Assembly: GCA_052327205.1 (NCBI GenBank)
Contig: CM126210.1
Coordinates: 111,042,001-111,106,000 of the forward strand
From: Somniosus microcephalus
Taxonomy: Eukaryota
Length of the DNA: 64,000 bases
Direction: 5' to 3'
Part shown: positions 29,207 to 42,838 of the stretch, piece by piece
How the letters are laid out: the number at the start of each line of letters is the position of its first letter
Numbering within the stretch: position 1 is the first letter of the stretch
Notes under the pieces: generated by a model
Seen by the model: the letters and a program-made list of their open reading frames with translations, nothing else
What the model was told of the DNA's origin: nothing
Database searches by the model: none
Translations under genes and position numbers: made by a program

Positions 29207-30036
29207 CGATAGCAAAATACTGCAGATGTTGGAAATCCGAAATAACAACAGAAAATGCTGGAAAAACTCAGCAGGTCAGGCAACATCCGTGGCGAGAAAT
29301 TTGAGTTGACGTTTCGGGTCAAACCCTTCTTCAAAACTGGAAAGAAAAGAAAACAGATTGAAGGCAGGGCTGCGATCGGACAAAAGAAGTGAAAGAAACA
29401 AAAGAGCTAGACGAGATGGTAATAGGCTGAGATTAGGTGTAAAGTGTACTGGCAGGGCAAGAGATAGCCGCCAGGTGTGAGAGAGAAACAAAAGGAAGGG
29501 GGGGGGGGGGGGGGAAAGGAGTGGAAAAAATGTGTAATGGGGCCGAGGTTATCATCTGAAATTGTTGAACTCGATATTGAGTCCGAAAGGCTGCAGAGTG
29601 CCTAATCGGAAGATGAGGTGCTGTTCCTCGAGTTTACGTTGAGCTTCCGTGGAACAATACAGGAGGCCAAGGGCGGTGAGGTCCGAGTGGGAATGGAGCG
29701 GTGAATTAAAATGACAGGCGACCGGAAGCTCGGGGTCACTCTTACGGACTGAACAGAGGTGTTCCGCAAAGCGGTCACCCAATCTGCGTTTGGTCTCCCC
29801 AATGTAGAGGAGACCGCATCGTGAGCAGCGAATACAGTATACTAGATTGCGAGAAGTACAAGTAAATCGCTCTTTTGTTTCTTTCACTTCTTTTGTCTGA
29901 TCGCAGCCCTGCCTTCGATCTGTTTTCTTTTCTTTCCAGTTTTGAAGAAGGGTTTGACCCGAAACGTCAACTCAAATTTCTCTCCACGGATGTTGCCTGA
30001 CCTGCTGAGTTTTTCCAGCATTTTCTGTTGTTATTT
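29207..30036 (-). mobile_element. Penelope-like element (family A) with GIY-YIG fragment and inverted pseudo-LTR
   Basis: ORF 29552-29870 NLVYCIRCSRCGLLYIGETKRRLGDRFAEH...GLNIEFNNFR; 168-bp inverted arms 29240-29407 / 29869-30036 (3 mismatches); 14-bp TSD TGGCAAATACTGTA (29193-29206, 30037-30050); sits in an old CR1 3' end. Confidence 0.92.
29938..29972 (+). ncRNA. Minimal type I hammerhead motif with C3>U variant (mirror copy on - strand at 29304-29338)
   Basis: AGTT-TTGAAGA-A-GGGT-TTG-ACCC-GAAA-CGTC-AACT: stem I, core, stem II, palindromic ACGT stem III and GUC triplet. Confidence 0.6.
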
Positions 30037-30080
30037 TGGCAAATACTGTATGTGGAATTGACTGCCTGTGGAGGCATATC

Positions 30081-30415
30081 CAGGAAACTTTGTGCTATCC
30101 GGCACCGACGGGACCGAGCTGTTGCCGTTCCCTCAAAACTGCCGGACACACCAGCGTTAATGTTGAAGCATACGGAGCTTTTCAGCTCCATATCTGACAA
30201 CAAACACTGTTGCTTAGCAACAGCTTCTAAACAGTTGGCCCGTACCTTGGAAGTGTCTCTCTGAAGCTGTTGCTAAGCTACAGAGACTTTGCAGAGCCTG
30301 ACTGTTGGAAAAAAAAAAGCCACGAGAAGAAAAAAAACCTAACCAAACGGCTCCTGATTTTTGCCGGTGGCTCGAGCTTGCCGGACATTTAGCCTCCGGA
30401 TAACACAGTTTCCTG
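30081..30415. mobile_element. Tc1/mariner-pogo-type MITE, copy 2
   Basis: Same TIRs and interior as copy 1 in opposite orientation; flanked by TC on both sides. Confidence 0.85.
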
Positions 30416-31204
30416 TCGTGCGAAAAAATTTAAGGGAAAGTTGGATAGATATTTGAGGAAGTGGGAGCTGGATGATTGACAGCTATTAGTGTTTGGGATT
30501 GGCAAGATGGGTTACAGAATCATTTCTGATCCTGTAATTTCTGTTTTGTGTATAAGTTTCAGTTTCCAAAAATGTGGCATGCGTGCGCAGTGTTCTGTGT
30601 CTTGCCTGTTTCCATGCTATTTATTGCATTTTTGTGTTAAAATATAAACGCTATGACACTTCGTATATTGTCATTCAGTTTTCAGTGTTTCCTAGCTTTG
30701 CTGATTTTCAGTGTTACGTTACCAATTTGATTTAATGGTAATGCTGTTTATTAAGTGGATCTTGTTTTCACCAATATCTTTCCATCAGGCCATTATTGAA
30801 TTAGATTGAAACTACAGCATTATTTTTTCCTTCTCCTCTTCCCACCTCCATAAAAAGAATCCTGCTTTGCTCATCTAGAAAACAAAATCAGAATTTGTAG
30901 ATTATTGATGTGGGTACCCATCATTAAGAACAAGCTAAGTTTATTAAAAAAAAAAAAAGTCCCTACGCAAGTTAGCCTGGAAGCTCTGGCAGTTAACCAT
31001 TGAGGATGCTCAGTTTAAAAAAAATTAAACACAAAAATTGAACCGATTGAATCACACTCAATTCTTTCTCGGGGTGGGGTGGCGGGCGAAGTAGCTTTTT
31101 CTCAGCTGACATTTCAAATGTCTAAAATAAAGTTTGAAACAAACTAAAAACATCAAAAGTTACATATTTCACAATAACATGATTAAATTTACCCCATCGA
31201 ATTA

Positions 31205-31519
31205 CAGGAAACTTTGGTTTATCCGGAGGTTGTATGGCCGGAAACTTTGCACTTACGGCAGAAATCAGCAGCCGTTTTGGTTAGTTCTTTTTTCTTCTAG
31301 CATTCTTTTAACAGGCAGGCTCTGGAAAGCGTCTTTGTAGCTTAGCAACAGCTTCAGAGACGCTTCAAGGTATGGGCGAGTGTTTAAGCAACAGTGTTTG
31401 TTGTCAAATACGGAGATTTTCATCTCCGCATGCTTCAACGTTGACTTTGCATGTCCGGCACTTTTGATATATCGGCAACACGCCGGTCCCGTCGGTGCCG
31501 GATAGCAGAACTTTTCCTG
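31205..31519. mobile_element. Tc1/mariner-pogo-type MITE, copy 3
   Basis: TA-CAGGAAACTTTG...CTTTTCCTG-CA; homologous interior. Confidence 0.8.
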
Positions 31520-31971
31520 CATCTTGGTGTCTTTAATACTTTCAGTAAAGCTTTTACTTGAAAACCTCAGCCTCTCAAAAGTCTTGGCTTGGACTTGATG
31601 TTTTTGCCAGGAGTTGTGACTCTGCCAGCTGAAGACAATTCCTGCAGCCTAAGCATGTGTAGTATTCTCAATTTCCTCGGTTGCATCAGTAGAATTTGTC
31701 ACCCCAACAATTCCATTGTTTCTCCTCAGCTGATCTGCTTGTTGTTTTTCAAGATTATTTGCAGAAAAGCTGGAGGACAAATCTCAGAAGCTCTATTCAG
31801 GTTAAGTTTGTACTGAGCCGTTTCTGTGTGTAACAATATTTATATATTTCTGAAATGATTTGAACACAACCTAGATGATGAATTTGATTAGGTTTTCAAC
31901 AACTTGAAAACTTTTATAACTGCCAAAAAGTATCAAGCTGAGCCAGACAAAGAGAGAGAGGAACAGACACT

Positions 31972-32840
31972 GGCCGCGATTTTGTCAATGGATGCGGGTC
32001 GGGAACGGGTCAGTTGGTTTCCGGCTTCCAGTCCCGCCGCCAACTGCATCCGGCCCACGGGCGTGATTTTACGTTGATTGACCTTGTTAAGCCCGCCCTG
32101 CGGGCTTGCCAGCCAATTAAGAGGAAGCCGGTCAGATGACATTTGATAACGCATCATCTGCCGGTTTTCTTAAAGGGACCATGCACAATTTTTTTTGATG
32201 GCTAATTTCTCCGTGTTTGGCAGCATTGAGGTGCTGCAAACACTGACAATCACTGTACAAAGGTGTGCTCTTGCACCCAGGCTCTCCATTGACTCCCTCC
32301 ATAGGCTGGAACAGATGGCAGCTGCAGGTGAGGTGACTGAAGCGATCTGTCACTGGTGAGAGAGATTCTCCCAATGAGGTGGGACTAGACATCGTTTTCA
32401 AAACTTGTTACCTAAAGAAATCTGTAAATGCATTAAAAATGATTTTCCCAACATTTTCTTACCTCCTGAGACTCACCAGTGCACCATTGGATCCTTCACA
32501 CCACTTCTGCAGCTGTCATTAATGCAATAACATTACAGCAGACTCACAACATGCCACACTTACCTGGCGTGGTGTCCGGATGTCGGGAAGCCCGAGGCAG
32601 AAGTGGCAAAATTGAAAGAGCCTGTCAGCTACTCAACTACTTGTTAACAGGCAGGTAAGTAGCTTTAATCCTCTTCCTGCCGTTAGGTGTCGGGTCCATG
32701 TGCAAATCGGGGACCCAACACTTGGGAAAATTGTTTGGAGGCAGGTTGATGGCGGGATCCGACCCCGCCGTCAATCAAAACAATTTAAACCTTTGACCCG
32801 CTTCCAAACCTGCCCCCTCAGTGCCGATAAAATCGTGACC
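31972..32840. mobile_element. Non-autonomous TIR element (possibly Harbinger-type)
   Basis: TIRs GGCCGCGATTTTGTC / GATAAAATCGTGACC; CpG-rich ends; possible CTG duplication (31970-31972, 32840-32842). Confidence 0.6.
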
Positions 32841-35800
32841 TGTGTCTTGCCTCATCCTCATTTGAGTTGTTCCCCAAATTAAACAAATAAATTAAATTTT
32901 GAAGGCTTCTCGGGCAAACAGCAAGGTTATGATTAGAATCACTTGTATTTTATTGATACCTAAAAATGTATGCAGACTGACCAGTGAGACAGAGAGACAC
33001 ACATCCACTCCCAGTTATGAAACGCTAAATTCAATATTTGTAGAGATCTAGGCCTCGCCTTCTCCCACTATTATCAGGCCCATATCTTCTCCTTCCCCTC
33101 ACTGCTGCCAGACCCTAGAAATTCATCATATTTACACACCCCACCTTCATTCTACCAAACTTCATATTCCCTCTCCACAGGACCCTAGCACTCCCACCCC
33201 AGTGCTGCCAAACTCCAGGTTCCCCCACTATTGCTCCCAAAGTAAAGACTGCCCAACTTCAACTGTACCATGCACCATCCTCTGTACTGCTAAAGACCTT
33301 CAATCCCTAGCTTCAAAAACAGCAAGGGATTAAAAATTGATTCTGTAGGCTCAACAATGTATATAAAATAAATGCCACTGAAGTGAAGTTTTCAGAGCGT
33401 AATGGAAAGAATGTCGGCCTTCAATCCTCAAAGCACTGATTAAAAATACCACAGAGCATCATGAAACAAAAATGGAATTTCATATATTCAGTCTCTGTAA
33501 ATCAGTGGCCCTGGTGTTATCCTCTAAATTGGATAAAGCCCATATATTTATAAAACTGTATCCTCTGATTCATTGTGAGCAAGGCCATGAGAGATGGGCA
33601 CTGATGCTGCAGTGGCAGGCAGTGTAAATGAAGCCTACATTCAGTCAGGGCCTGACTGACTTTAGAGTGAAGAGGAGTGAGAACCTCTGGAGGAGAGAGT
33701 TTCACTCCGCTTCACTTCAGAGTCTATTCAGTTCTTGATGTTTCCTGCACAAATTTAATGTCATTGTGAAGCTGAAACCACTTCATGCTGTTGGTAAACT
33801 TTCAGGTGTATGTACTGTTCAATGAAAGCCTCTTTTCTCCGATTAGCATATTTCAGTGTTCGACAGGTGTGCCAGACCCTACTGACTTGCAAATTCAATT
33901 TTAAGGAAACCTGCATGTGACTTTCTTTCATCGGAAGTTCTGATTTATGCGTGCATGATTACTAATTTTCCCCTTAATTAAATTTGTAGAATAGGACAAT
34001 AATAAAATGTTTGTTACTATAATGCATATTTAAAAATGGTGCAAAAGTGCCAATAACTTTTTTTTACTGAGCTTGTAAATATATTTTAGGCTAGCATTTG
34101 ATTTGTTAAAAACATCTGTCCTGCTTTGTTTGCCATGGTATTTGATATGACTGTAATTCACTAAAATTTTTCCAGGTGCTTTTTTTAATGCAAGTATGGT
34201 TAATATAAAGATTAAATGTATTCCAGCAATAGGTGGGGTGGAATAAACATTGAGGGACTACATCTCACAGTGCAGTCTGGATTCTACAAACCAGACCAGA
34301 CCGTGTCAATACTGGCTCTCAAAGAAAGGAAGGAAACTAGTTCGTTTTATAGGATTTGTTTCATTGTGATTTAAAGTTAAAACATATTATTAGCTGTGAT
34401 TTGATCCTACATTATATGAAGACCCACTACCTTCATTGATTTTAATTACAGCAGCTCATGTGTTCTGTTGGTGGTGCTACACTGCACTATCATTGTTATT
34501 CATTGGGGCACTAGTTATTGCATGTACATAAATCAGCCATGTCCATTTCTGCATGAGCAGCAAGGTTGACATATGTTGTGCATACTTTGCAAATTTCTCT
34601 CGATTGAGCATGTACATTGTAAAAATCTGTTATAAATGGTCAAAAAGAATGTGTGAACTTTTCAAAGGGTTCGCCCAGTTGACATTTAATACAATGCTGT
34701 ATGTTTTTTTCTATGACCCATCTTCTCTGTCTTCAGTGCATTGACTGCAACTTGTATGCCAGAACTATGATGGTGTGAAGTAATACATTTTTGTGCTGAC
34801 ATTTCTGTGCTGTTTGTGTAAGGATAGCTGTGCACCATTGTTACTTTTAAACAGAAAATGTATTGCCGTGCAATATTTATGTTGTGATTGCTGAGAATAT
34901 CTGCATTATATTCAGATTTTAGCAAGCAAAACAAAAATCTTGTGTATGTGTGCACTACCTGTCCAATTTACTGTTCTCACACTGGTTAAGTCTTTGTCAG
35001 CATTTGATATTGAAACTGCTTATGTAAATATTCAAGTGGAAATCCTGCCTGTAAATAGTCGGAGTGATTATTTGCAAGGCCTTCTGCATCTGTCTGCGCG
35101 TGCGTACTAGCATACACTAAATATAATCATCTTGTTGAATGTTTGAGAGGGTATTTTCACTTGGAGCACCCAAAGATAAGACGCATGCAGTGGGTGTTGG
35201 CAATATGGAAAAGTTTGTGGCTGGAATTTTGTGGTGAAGGCAGTTACATTACTTTTATAGTTTAAAAACTTATTTAGTCATTTAAATGGATATGTCTTCT
35301 TGACACCACCAGAAATCAAAGTAGTAGTATTGGCCTTTGTGAAGGAGCATGAATTAACTTGTGTACCCTGTTAAAAAGAAAATGTTCAAGTAACTCAAAT
35401 ATGCAACGGAAAGCTGTGAAGTGATTATTTTCCCACTAGTAATGCAGACATGGTACTTGAGCTGAGGCATGTATCTGAAGTGAGAATTAAAAACTTTTTC
35501 AGTGCCTTCTGTTGTTCTCCGTTGTGTTTTCATTTAGATACGGATGTAGTTTTTACAGTTTGGTGTTTTAATTTCTGAAAATTCAATGCTACTTCTGCAA
35601 AGTGCTAGATATGGCCAAGAAATTGTCCCGTACATTTTCAATTACTACATAGGCTATGTAAGGTAATATTGAAACTGTACAACTATGAGTTATTCTGTAG
35701 TTGTTGGACTATTCAACAATTATTGGGGGGTGGGCGGGGGGGAAGGAAAGAGTATATCGACGACTGATTTGTAAACTAAGTTTTTGTTGTCCTGGCTCAA

Positions 35801-36684
35801 ACAGCTGTGACTTTGTGACAGAAACTCAACATTTTTCTTTGTATTTCAATTGACTTTTTTTTCACACAACAAATGGTGCACATTTATTGAGGTTGTCCAC
35901 GAGCACAGCTGAATCTGCCTCTAAACTGGAATTCTGTGGCTGCAGCAGCACCAGCTTTAGCCGCCTTGTCTGCATCGGGGGAGCAGTAAGTGTCTCTCCG
36001 CTTCACCGCGAAGACGAGCTGGACGCCCCTCGCCCACATCTTTTAGGCCTTGGCTTGGCAGTCTCAATGCAGGTCTGGTGACGTAGAGTAGCAGGAACTA
36101 GTGTTGTTTTGTTAATTAATCTAATTAACATAAAACTAGTGTTGCTTTCGGTGTTGAAGTAGTTTAGTGTTCACTATAATGCAGCAGAATAGTAAATGAA
36201 ATGATTACATGGTTTTCGGAGATCCTAAAACAAGAGCAAAACCAATGGATTTGAAGGTGCTTCTTGTTTCTGTCTGTCTCTCTGCCCTTCCAAACATATT
36301 TCAGAGTTTTCCATTGTTCTCTTGTTTTTATTTAGATAGCTGACGTTTGCCGATGCACAGTTCCACAAATGCCAGCAGTTCTCTGGTATCTTACCCAGCT
36401 GGTTGTTTTTCACACATGCGTGTAAGCAGGGTGTCATAAATGAGCCTCATCACACCCCCCCCCCTCCTCACTTGCACACTTTCCAGCAAAGCTCACTATA
36501 AAGAAAGATAAAACTTGCATTTATATCGCGTTTTTCATATCCCCACAAACCTCCCCCGCCCCCCCCCCCCCCACCCCAGCGCTTTGCAGCCAATCAATTT
36601 GCTTTTAAACTGTAGTCACTATTGTTATGTGAGCTATTGGACAACAATTTGAAGCAGAGATCTTGACTGTTTTTACAGTCTGCC

Positions 36685-36830
36685 CAGAGATGTTCAGGCC
36701 CATTGTAGCATCCAATTTCTGCTCTGGTTGAAATTAGCACATGCAGCAGAGACCAGAAATTGAACCTCCGACTTTCTGGCCTGTATGGATCAGTGTTACA
36801 TTGGGCAGTGCTTTTACCCAATAGGCCATG
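36685..36830 (-). mobile_element. Old tRNA-derived SINE head (unidentified family; related copy ~47290-47430 on +)
   Basis: Minus strand TGGCCTATTGGGTAAA...GGTTCAATTTCTGGTC (A/B-box-like) followed by GCTAATTTCAACC...CTACAATGGGCCT, echoed at 47350-47400. Confidence 0.4.
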
Positions 36831-38489
36831 GAGAGAATTCTTCATTCTGTTTGAAGTTCCACTGGAATTTTACTGCCCCAAACTCTCCTCCTGCCCTACA
36901 TTGCATCTGTGTTTTTATTTTTAATGAAATTTTAAACTCTCACCTCTGGTGTTGTGAGCTACCTCAGATCCCTGTGGAGTCATGTCAACTTTTTAGATGC
37001 AAGATACAATCTTAATCTGACGTGGATGTTTTTGGTTTGGAGTGAGGAGGTATTCGTTATACCTGTATAAGTTGTACATTTATGCATTTACCTGATATTC
37101 TGGTGAAATTATAAAATAACAATTCCAATCCTTTCCTCAAACATAACTATCTTAGGACTTGAGCACTTATAAGTGAAATTCCTGCTATTGACTATAAAGT
37201 TGACTAGCAAAATGCAGTTAGCTTTTTCACTTTGCATCCAATCAAGTTCTGGTACAGTATTGCTACAGAATATCCAGAGCAAACTGTACGTTGCTAGCTT
37301 TTGGGAATGATAGTGGCAAGTATTTTAGGGGATGCACATTATAGCAGAAACTGTAGTGTATTGAAGAATGTTATAGTGAGAGGCTGCTGTATTTTTAGGA
37401 GATGCTACTAAGTGTGTCATAATTCATCCATTTGTTTTTCTACAGTAGCTCATCAGAGGAGTGAAGGCAGCGATATAATGGTCAGTGTCTCTAGTCTAAA
37501 AGAAGCTGAAGTCTAGCAGTCTCTGAGATGCCCAGCAGTGGGAGATGAACTCTTCAGTATGAATGGTAATAGAGAAAACACTAAAGAAAAGACTCTAGGC
37601 CAGCGCGTGACATTTTTCTCCTCCTCTGGCAACCTCACATCAGCGTGCTTGGCTTTTCCAACTGCTCATTAAAATACTATCCTGAGGCTGAACCTTTACA
37701 GCGGTGTATTAATTTAAAATGCTCAATTCACCACTCTGGTGGCAAGTTCAGTTTTGCAGCATAGCTGGATTCTGGTTTGTGAGCCCTGATGCGATGAGTC
37801 TTGTCCTTGTTGGGTGGGATGCTTTGTGGGTAGCAGAGTGTCACATCCTGCATGGGGGTGTGGGAACCAACCAGATTTGTTTCAGCAGCAACTACAATAA
37901 TGCATGCCTTCTATTGGCTGATCACGATATGACATTAATTTGTGAAGCTGTCGAGCTTGCATGGCTAGCTCAAAGAGGTTGCTTAGAGTTTAGAAAAGAG
38001 GGGAGAGATCAATCTGGTGGTTGAAAAGATTTTGTGGAAAGTTTTAAAGTTGACTGTTTCAATACTCTACAGTATGTGGGGTATCAATGTAATTAAAATT
38101 ACTTAAAACTTGGAATCATTTAAAGTTTGGTTACTGTTGTTTTTATTGTCCATTTTGAGGTTGGCTACTAAATTATTTCAGATGGGCCTCAAGTGGGACT
38201 TGAATTTTTGAGTGAAAGCTTATAAAGTTGTGGTTTTGGCTTCTGTTTGTTCATGTGCCGACACTGACAACATAGCGCAGGTTTATTTTGGCACCAAATA
38301 TATGGAAAACACTTATGGCTATTTGCTGATATTGATGTTTTTCAGTTTTGATAAATGCATTTTTGTGAATTGCTTCCCTCAAACATTGTGTGGCCTAAGT
38401 ATTTTCATTAAGAAATCTTAGTTTTAACATTATTTTGTTTGGTTCATTTTTTTTTAATTCATCTTTATTTTAACTGTTTTCCTATGCTG

Positions 38490-38535
38490 AATTCATTTTA
38501 ATTAATGTTTTTGTTTTTTCCTTTTCTCCTTTCAG
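38490..38535 (+). other. Strong candidate 3' splice acceptor
   Basis: Long polypyrimidine tract TTTTTGTTTTTTCCTTTTCTCCTTTCAG ending at 38535 in repeat-free DNA. Confidence 0.45.
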
Positions 38536-40706
38536 GTTTTACAGAGTTTCAGTGATGTCCACTCATAAGAACATGATGGCCATATTTGTTTTAGAAGTAC
38601 AAGTATTGTAGATTATGCAATAAGTTCAATGCAACATGGGTATTAGGTGCTTGAGCATTCTGTAGTAGAAACTGAGGAATGTAAATAGCTACTAATCAGA
38701 AATTGTTGTATTTTACATTCTACCAGCAAATAATGTAGTGACCAAAAAGTGCAAAAAAAAGCCTTAATCTATTAGTTCTGTACTATAAACAAATTTACAT
38801 TTTCATCCAGCTGTTTTAGAATTTCCACACTGATAATTTGATTTTGTTTTTGACCAAATCTAAGAATTTTAAAACTGAGTGGTCGGACAATTATGGCAGC
38901 ATCATTCAATGCATAAAGCTAAGAGGCCAATTGACAGTGTTCAAAAGTGATCTAAATTAAAAATCTGTACAGCCTGGTATTGCAGTGTAAATTCTGATCC
39001 TCATTTCTCTGATTTTTGATCCTTTCCCTTTCATTTTTAACAGCCCACAGTTCCAGATAGAACAAGCAAACAAGACAGTTGATTAGAAGCTCTGATTCCT
39101 ATTTTGGAAGGTAGTTGGATGATGTGTTAACTTTAAAAACATGGGGTTAGATGGATTTCTTTCCTTTCCCAAAACCACTAAGGGTGAACACTTCCACACA
39201 TGACTCGGAGCGACCCTGATGTATGTTGGAATAGTGTAGTATGGACTTGCATTCTATCATAAAGAGGTTTTGATTGATTAAAGCGTGCAAAGATTGGTTT
39301 GGAAGAAATTGCCACTGGTAGCAACCTTTGTTTTCAGTTGTATAATGTTCACATGGACAATGTACGTGATTATGTGAAGTTGTGTAATATATATTAACTG
39401 ATTCAACAGTTGCAAAATTGTGATTGCTAAAAAATCTTTTGTTAGTGGTAGTCGTCTTGGATTTCACCAAATCATACATATTTTAGAAAACACAATTTTG
39501 CTTTGTTAGAAGTCATGTGTAAGATGATGTGGTGATGTGCTTGCACCTGCTTTGAAATGAAAGAAACCTTATGCAGCTAACAGACTTCTTTGAGTTCAAT
39601 CACTGCTGAAAGTCCTATACAAAATTTGCTAATTCCTAAGCACTATCAAAATTGTTGCAGCCACGAGGAAATTTGAAATACTAAAGGCACTCAACTTTGA
39701 CTTTATCCAATGGGAGCCACTTCTGAAAAGATGTTATCTAGTCGCTGATCAAATGTAAAACTTGGCTGCATATTTTCAAAGTTGTTGGCATTCACAAGAA
39801 AAAAAGTGAGGGGTAGTGAAAGTGAACAATAGGGTGTACTCTTGATGGTGTCTATTATATTTTTTGTCAGTGGCAATAGAGGCAGATATCCTTAATTGAA
39901 AGTTTTTAACCGGATGCCGTTCTTCTACATGACTTGCATGTTTTTGGTAACAGCATTTCTCCTGCAATTTTCCTTATATTGTACAGTTGTCTAATTTAAA
40001 AATGCCTAGGAGTGCGTACTTCCCATTGTACGTCAACTGTTGTAGCTGTAATGCTTGCACTGTAAAGTTGAGTACATAGTATATACTGGTAATGTGTGCT
40101 CTGCTATGGTTAGCTGGTAACTCCTATTTGATATTGTTCATCTGTTGCAAAGATTAGTTAGGAGATACAGATATATTTGTAATAAAACACATATTTCACA
40201 TCTGTGTATACATTTCTCTGAATTTTGATATAAAATGGTTTCACATGTGTTTTATGAAAATTAGCTAAATTTTCGAGCAATCCACATTTGTTACCTCTTC
40301 GAAAGTGGTTTTGGGTATATTAAGAAATAAATCAGCAAAAGCTCTTCAGAATTCCCTGAATTATGGGATATTTAAACTGTTGAGGTGCTGACCTGATGGC
40401 ATAAACATTAGAGTGGTAATTTCACAAAGCCAACGCTAATGGTTCATGTCCCCCAAGGCTGCTTTTCACTTAATCTGGACGCATTAGGCAACAGTCAAGG
40501 TGAGTGAATCATTACTTTAGCTAACTAGGACACCTCTACCTGTTTTGCCTAAATCCTCTGTCGTGTTTATGCAACTCTGGCTTCCCTCTGGGTCCATTCA
40601 TATACACACCGTGGCTGCAACTGTATACCCAAGCCCACTATTCCTAATTCCCTTTTTTTTAAAAACTTTTGTGGGTTTGCTCTCCTCTCTCTCCCTTTCA
40701 TCTGAC

Positions 40707-40840
40707 CAATGTTTCCTGTAATTTTTTTTGAGCTGCACGGCCCATTCAGAATACCGTGCATGCGCGGTTTTTCTATTGAAAAGCTGGCTGCGCAGGACCT
40801 CTAGAGCGTTGCATGGCCGCGCAGCTTGCATGGAACATTG
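40707..40840. mobile_element. Small hAT-like MITE
   Basis: CAATGTTTCCT...TGGAACATTG termini; interior similar to 10575-10738. Confidence 0.55.
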
Positions 40841-42152
40841 TCCCTGGTCATGCCACTTTTCATCTTCCCCAAACAAGCCTCCTTTGAGTCTTTTGCCCAT
40901 CAGCACTCCTCCACCTACCTTCTCTCTTCATGCTGGCCAGGCTCCAATCCCTTGTGGGAAAAGCCCACAGCTTCCCCCCTCTGCCTTACTCCGCATTCTC
41001 TGCCAAGCCCATTGTGGCACACATTGCTACCCCTTATGTAGAATTTACAGCACAGAAGCAGACCATTCAGCCCAACTAGTCTATGCCAGTGTTTATGCTC
41101 CACGAGTCTCTTCCCTCCACTCTTCATCTCAGCCTATCAGCATATCCTTCTATTCCTTTCTCCCTCACGTGCTTATCTAGCTTCTCCTTAAATGCATCTG
41201 TGCTATTTGCCTCAACTACTCCACATTCTAACCATGCTTTGGGTAAAGTAGTTTCTCCTGAATTTCTTCTTGGATTTTTGAATCACTATCTTATATTTAT
41301 GACCCCTGGTTTTGGTCTCCCCACAAGTGGAAACATTTTCTCTACATCTACCCTATCAAACTCCTTGATAATTTTAAAGATCTCTATTAGGTCACTCCTC
41401 AGCCTTCTCTTTTCTGGAGAAAAGAGCCCCAACCTGTTCAGTCTTTCCTGATGAGTATAACCTCTCCGTGCTGGTATAATCCTTGTAAATCTTTTTAGCA
41501 CTTTCTCTCATGCCACTATATCCTTTTTATAATATGGAGACCAAAACTGTTCACAGTGCTTGAAATGTGGTCTAACCAAGGTTTGATACAAGTTTAACAG
41601 AATTTCTTTGCTCTTCAATTCTACTCCTCTAAAAATGAACCCTAATGCTTTGTTTGCTGCTTTTATGGTCTTATTAACCTGCGTTACTACTTTGAGATTT
41701 ATGTATCTGTACCCCTAGACCCCATTGCTCCTTAACCCCTTTTAGATTCTTAGTTTCCAAGCAGTGTGTAGCCTCCTAATCTTCCTACCAAAATGTAACA
41801 GCAGACACTTATCTATATTGAAATTCATTTGCCAATTACATGCCCCTTCTGCAAGTTTATTAATGTCCTCGTCTTTTGTCACATTCTTCCTCAGTGTTAA
41901 CTATACTCCAAAGTTTGTGTCGTCGCAAATTTTGAAATTGTATTTCCGATTCCCGACTTCAAATCACTTATGTAAATTGTGAACAACAGTTATTCCAACA
42001 CTGATTCCTGAGGGATGTCACTTCATGCCTTTTGCCAATCTGAGCAGCTACCCTTAATCCCTATTCTGTTTTCTGTCTGTAGCCAGCTTGCTACCCTTTC
42101 TGCTACTTGTCCACTGACTCCACATGCTCTGACTGTTGTCATGAGTCTACTA

Positions 42153-42474
42153 CAGGAAACTTTCTGGTATCCGGCACGGACGGGACCGACGTGTTGCCGG
42201 TTCATCAACAATTCTGGATAACCGAACGCTATAGTAAAAGATACGGAGCTCAGAGCTCCGTATAAAGCAACAAACCCTGTTGCTTGCTTCAAAACAATCG
42301 GCACAAGTTGCAAGTGTCTCTAGCTTAGCAACAGCTTCGGCTGCACCCTTGCACAGCAACAAATGGAGTAAAAAAGTAACTAAAAGTAAAAAAAGTTACC
42401 TGAACCGACTCCTGAATTTTGCCGGTGGATAGAGCGTTCCGGTATTTAGGGGCCGGTTAATCGAACGTTTCCTG
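42153..42474. mobile_element. Tc1/mariner-pogo-type MITE, copy 4
   Basis: TA-CAGGAAAC...GTTTCCTG-TA; host CR1 rejoins across it. Confidence 0.8.
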
Positions 42475-42801
42475 TATGTGGTACCTTCTTGAAGGCCTTT
42501 TGAAAATCCAAATATATTACATCATCTGCATTATCCTTGTCTACACTTTGTTATTACTTTTTCAAAGAATTCAATAAGATTAGTCAAGTATGAGCTTCCC
42601 TTTTGAAATCCATACTATTTTATTATTTTTGTTTTCTAAATGTTTTTCTATTACATCTTTGAGTAAAGATTCCATTATTTTTCCTACCACCAATGTTAAG
42701 CTAGCTAGTCTATCATTCCTTGGACTTGTTCTATCTCCCTTTTTAAATTTATGTAAGAAGTCACACAACACCAGGTTATAGTCCAACAGCTTTATTTGAA
42801 A

Positions 42802-42838
42802 TCACAAGCTTTCGGAGCGCTGCTCCTTCTTCAGGTGA
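42802..42838 (-). ncRNA. Minimal type I hammerhead ribozyme motif (mirror copy)
   Basis: Exact reverse complement of 43374-43410. Confidence 0.8.
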
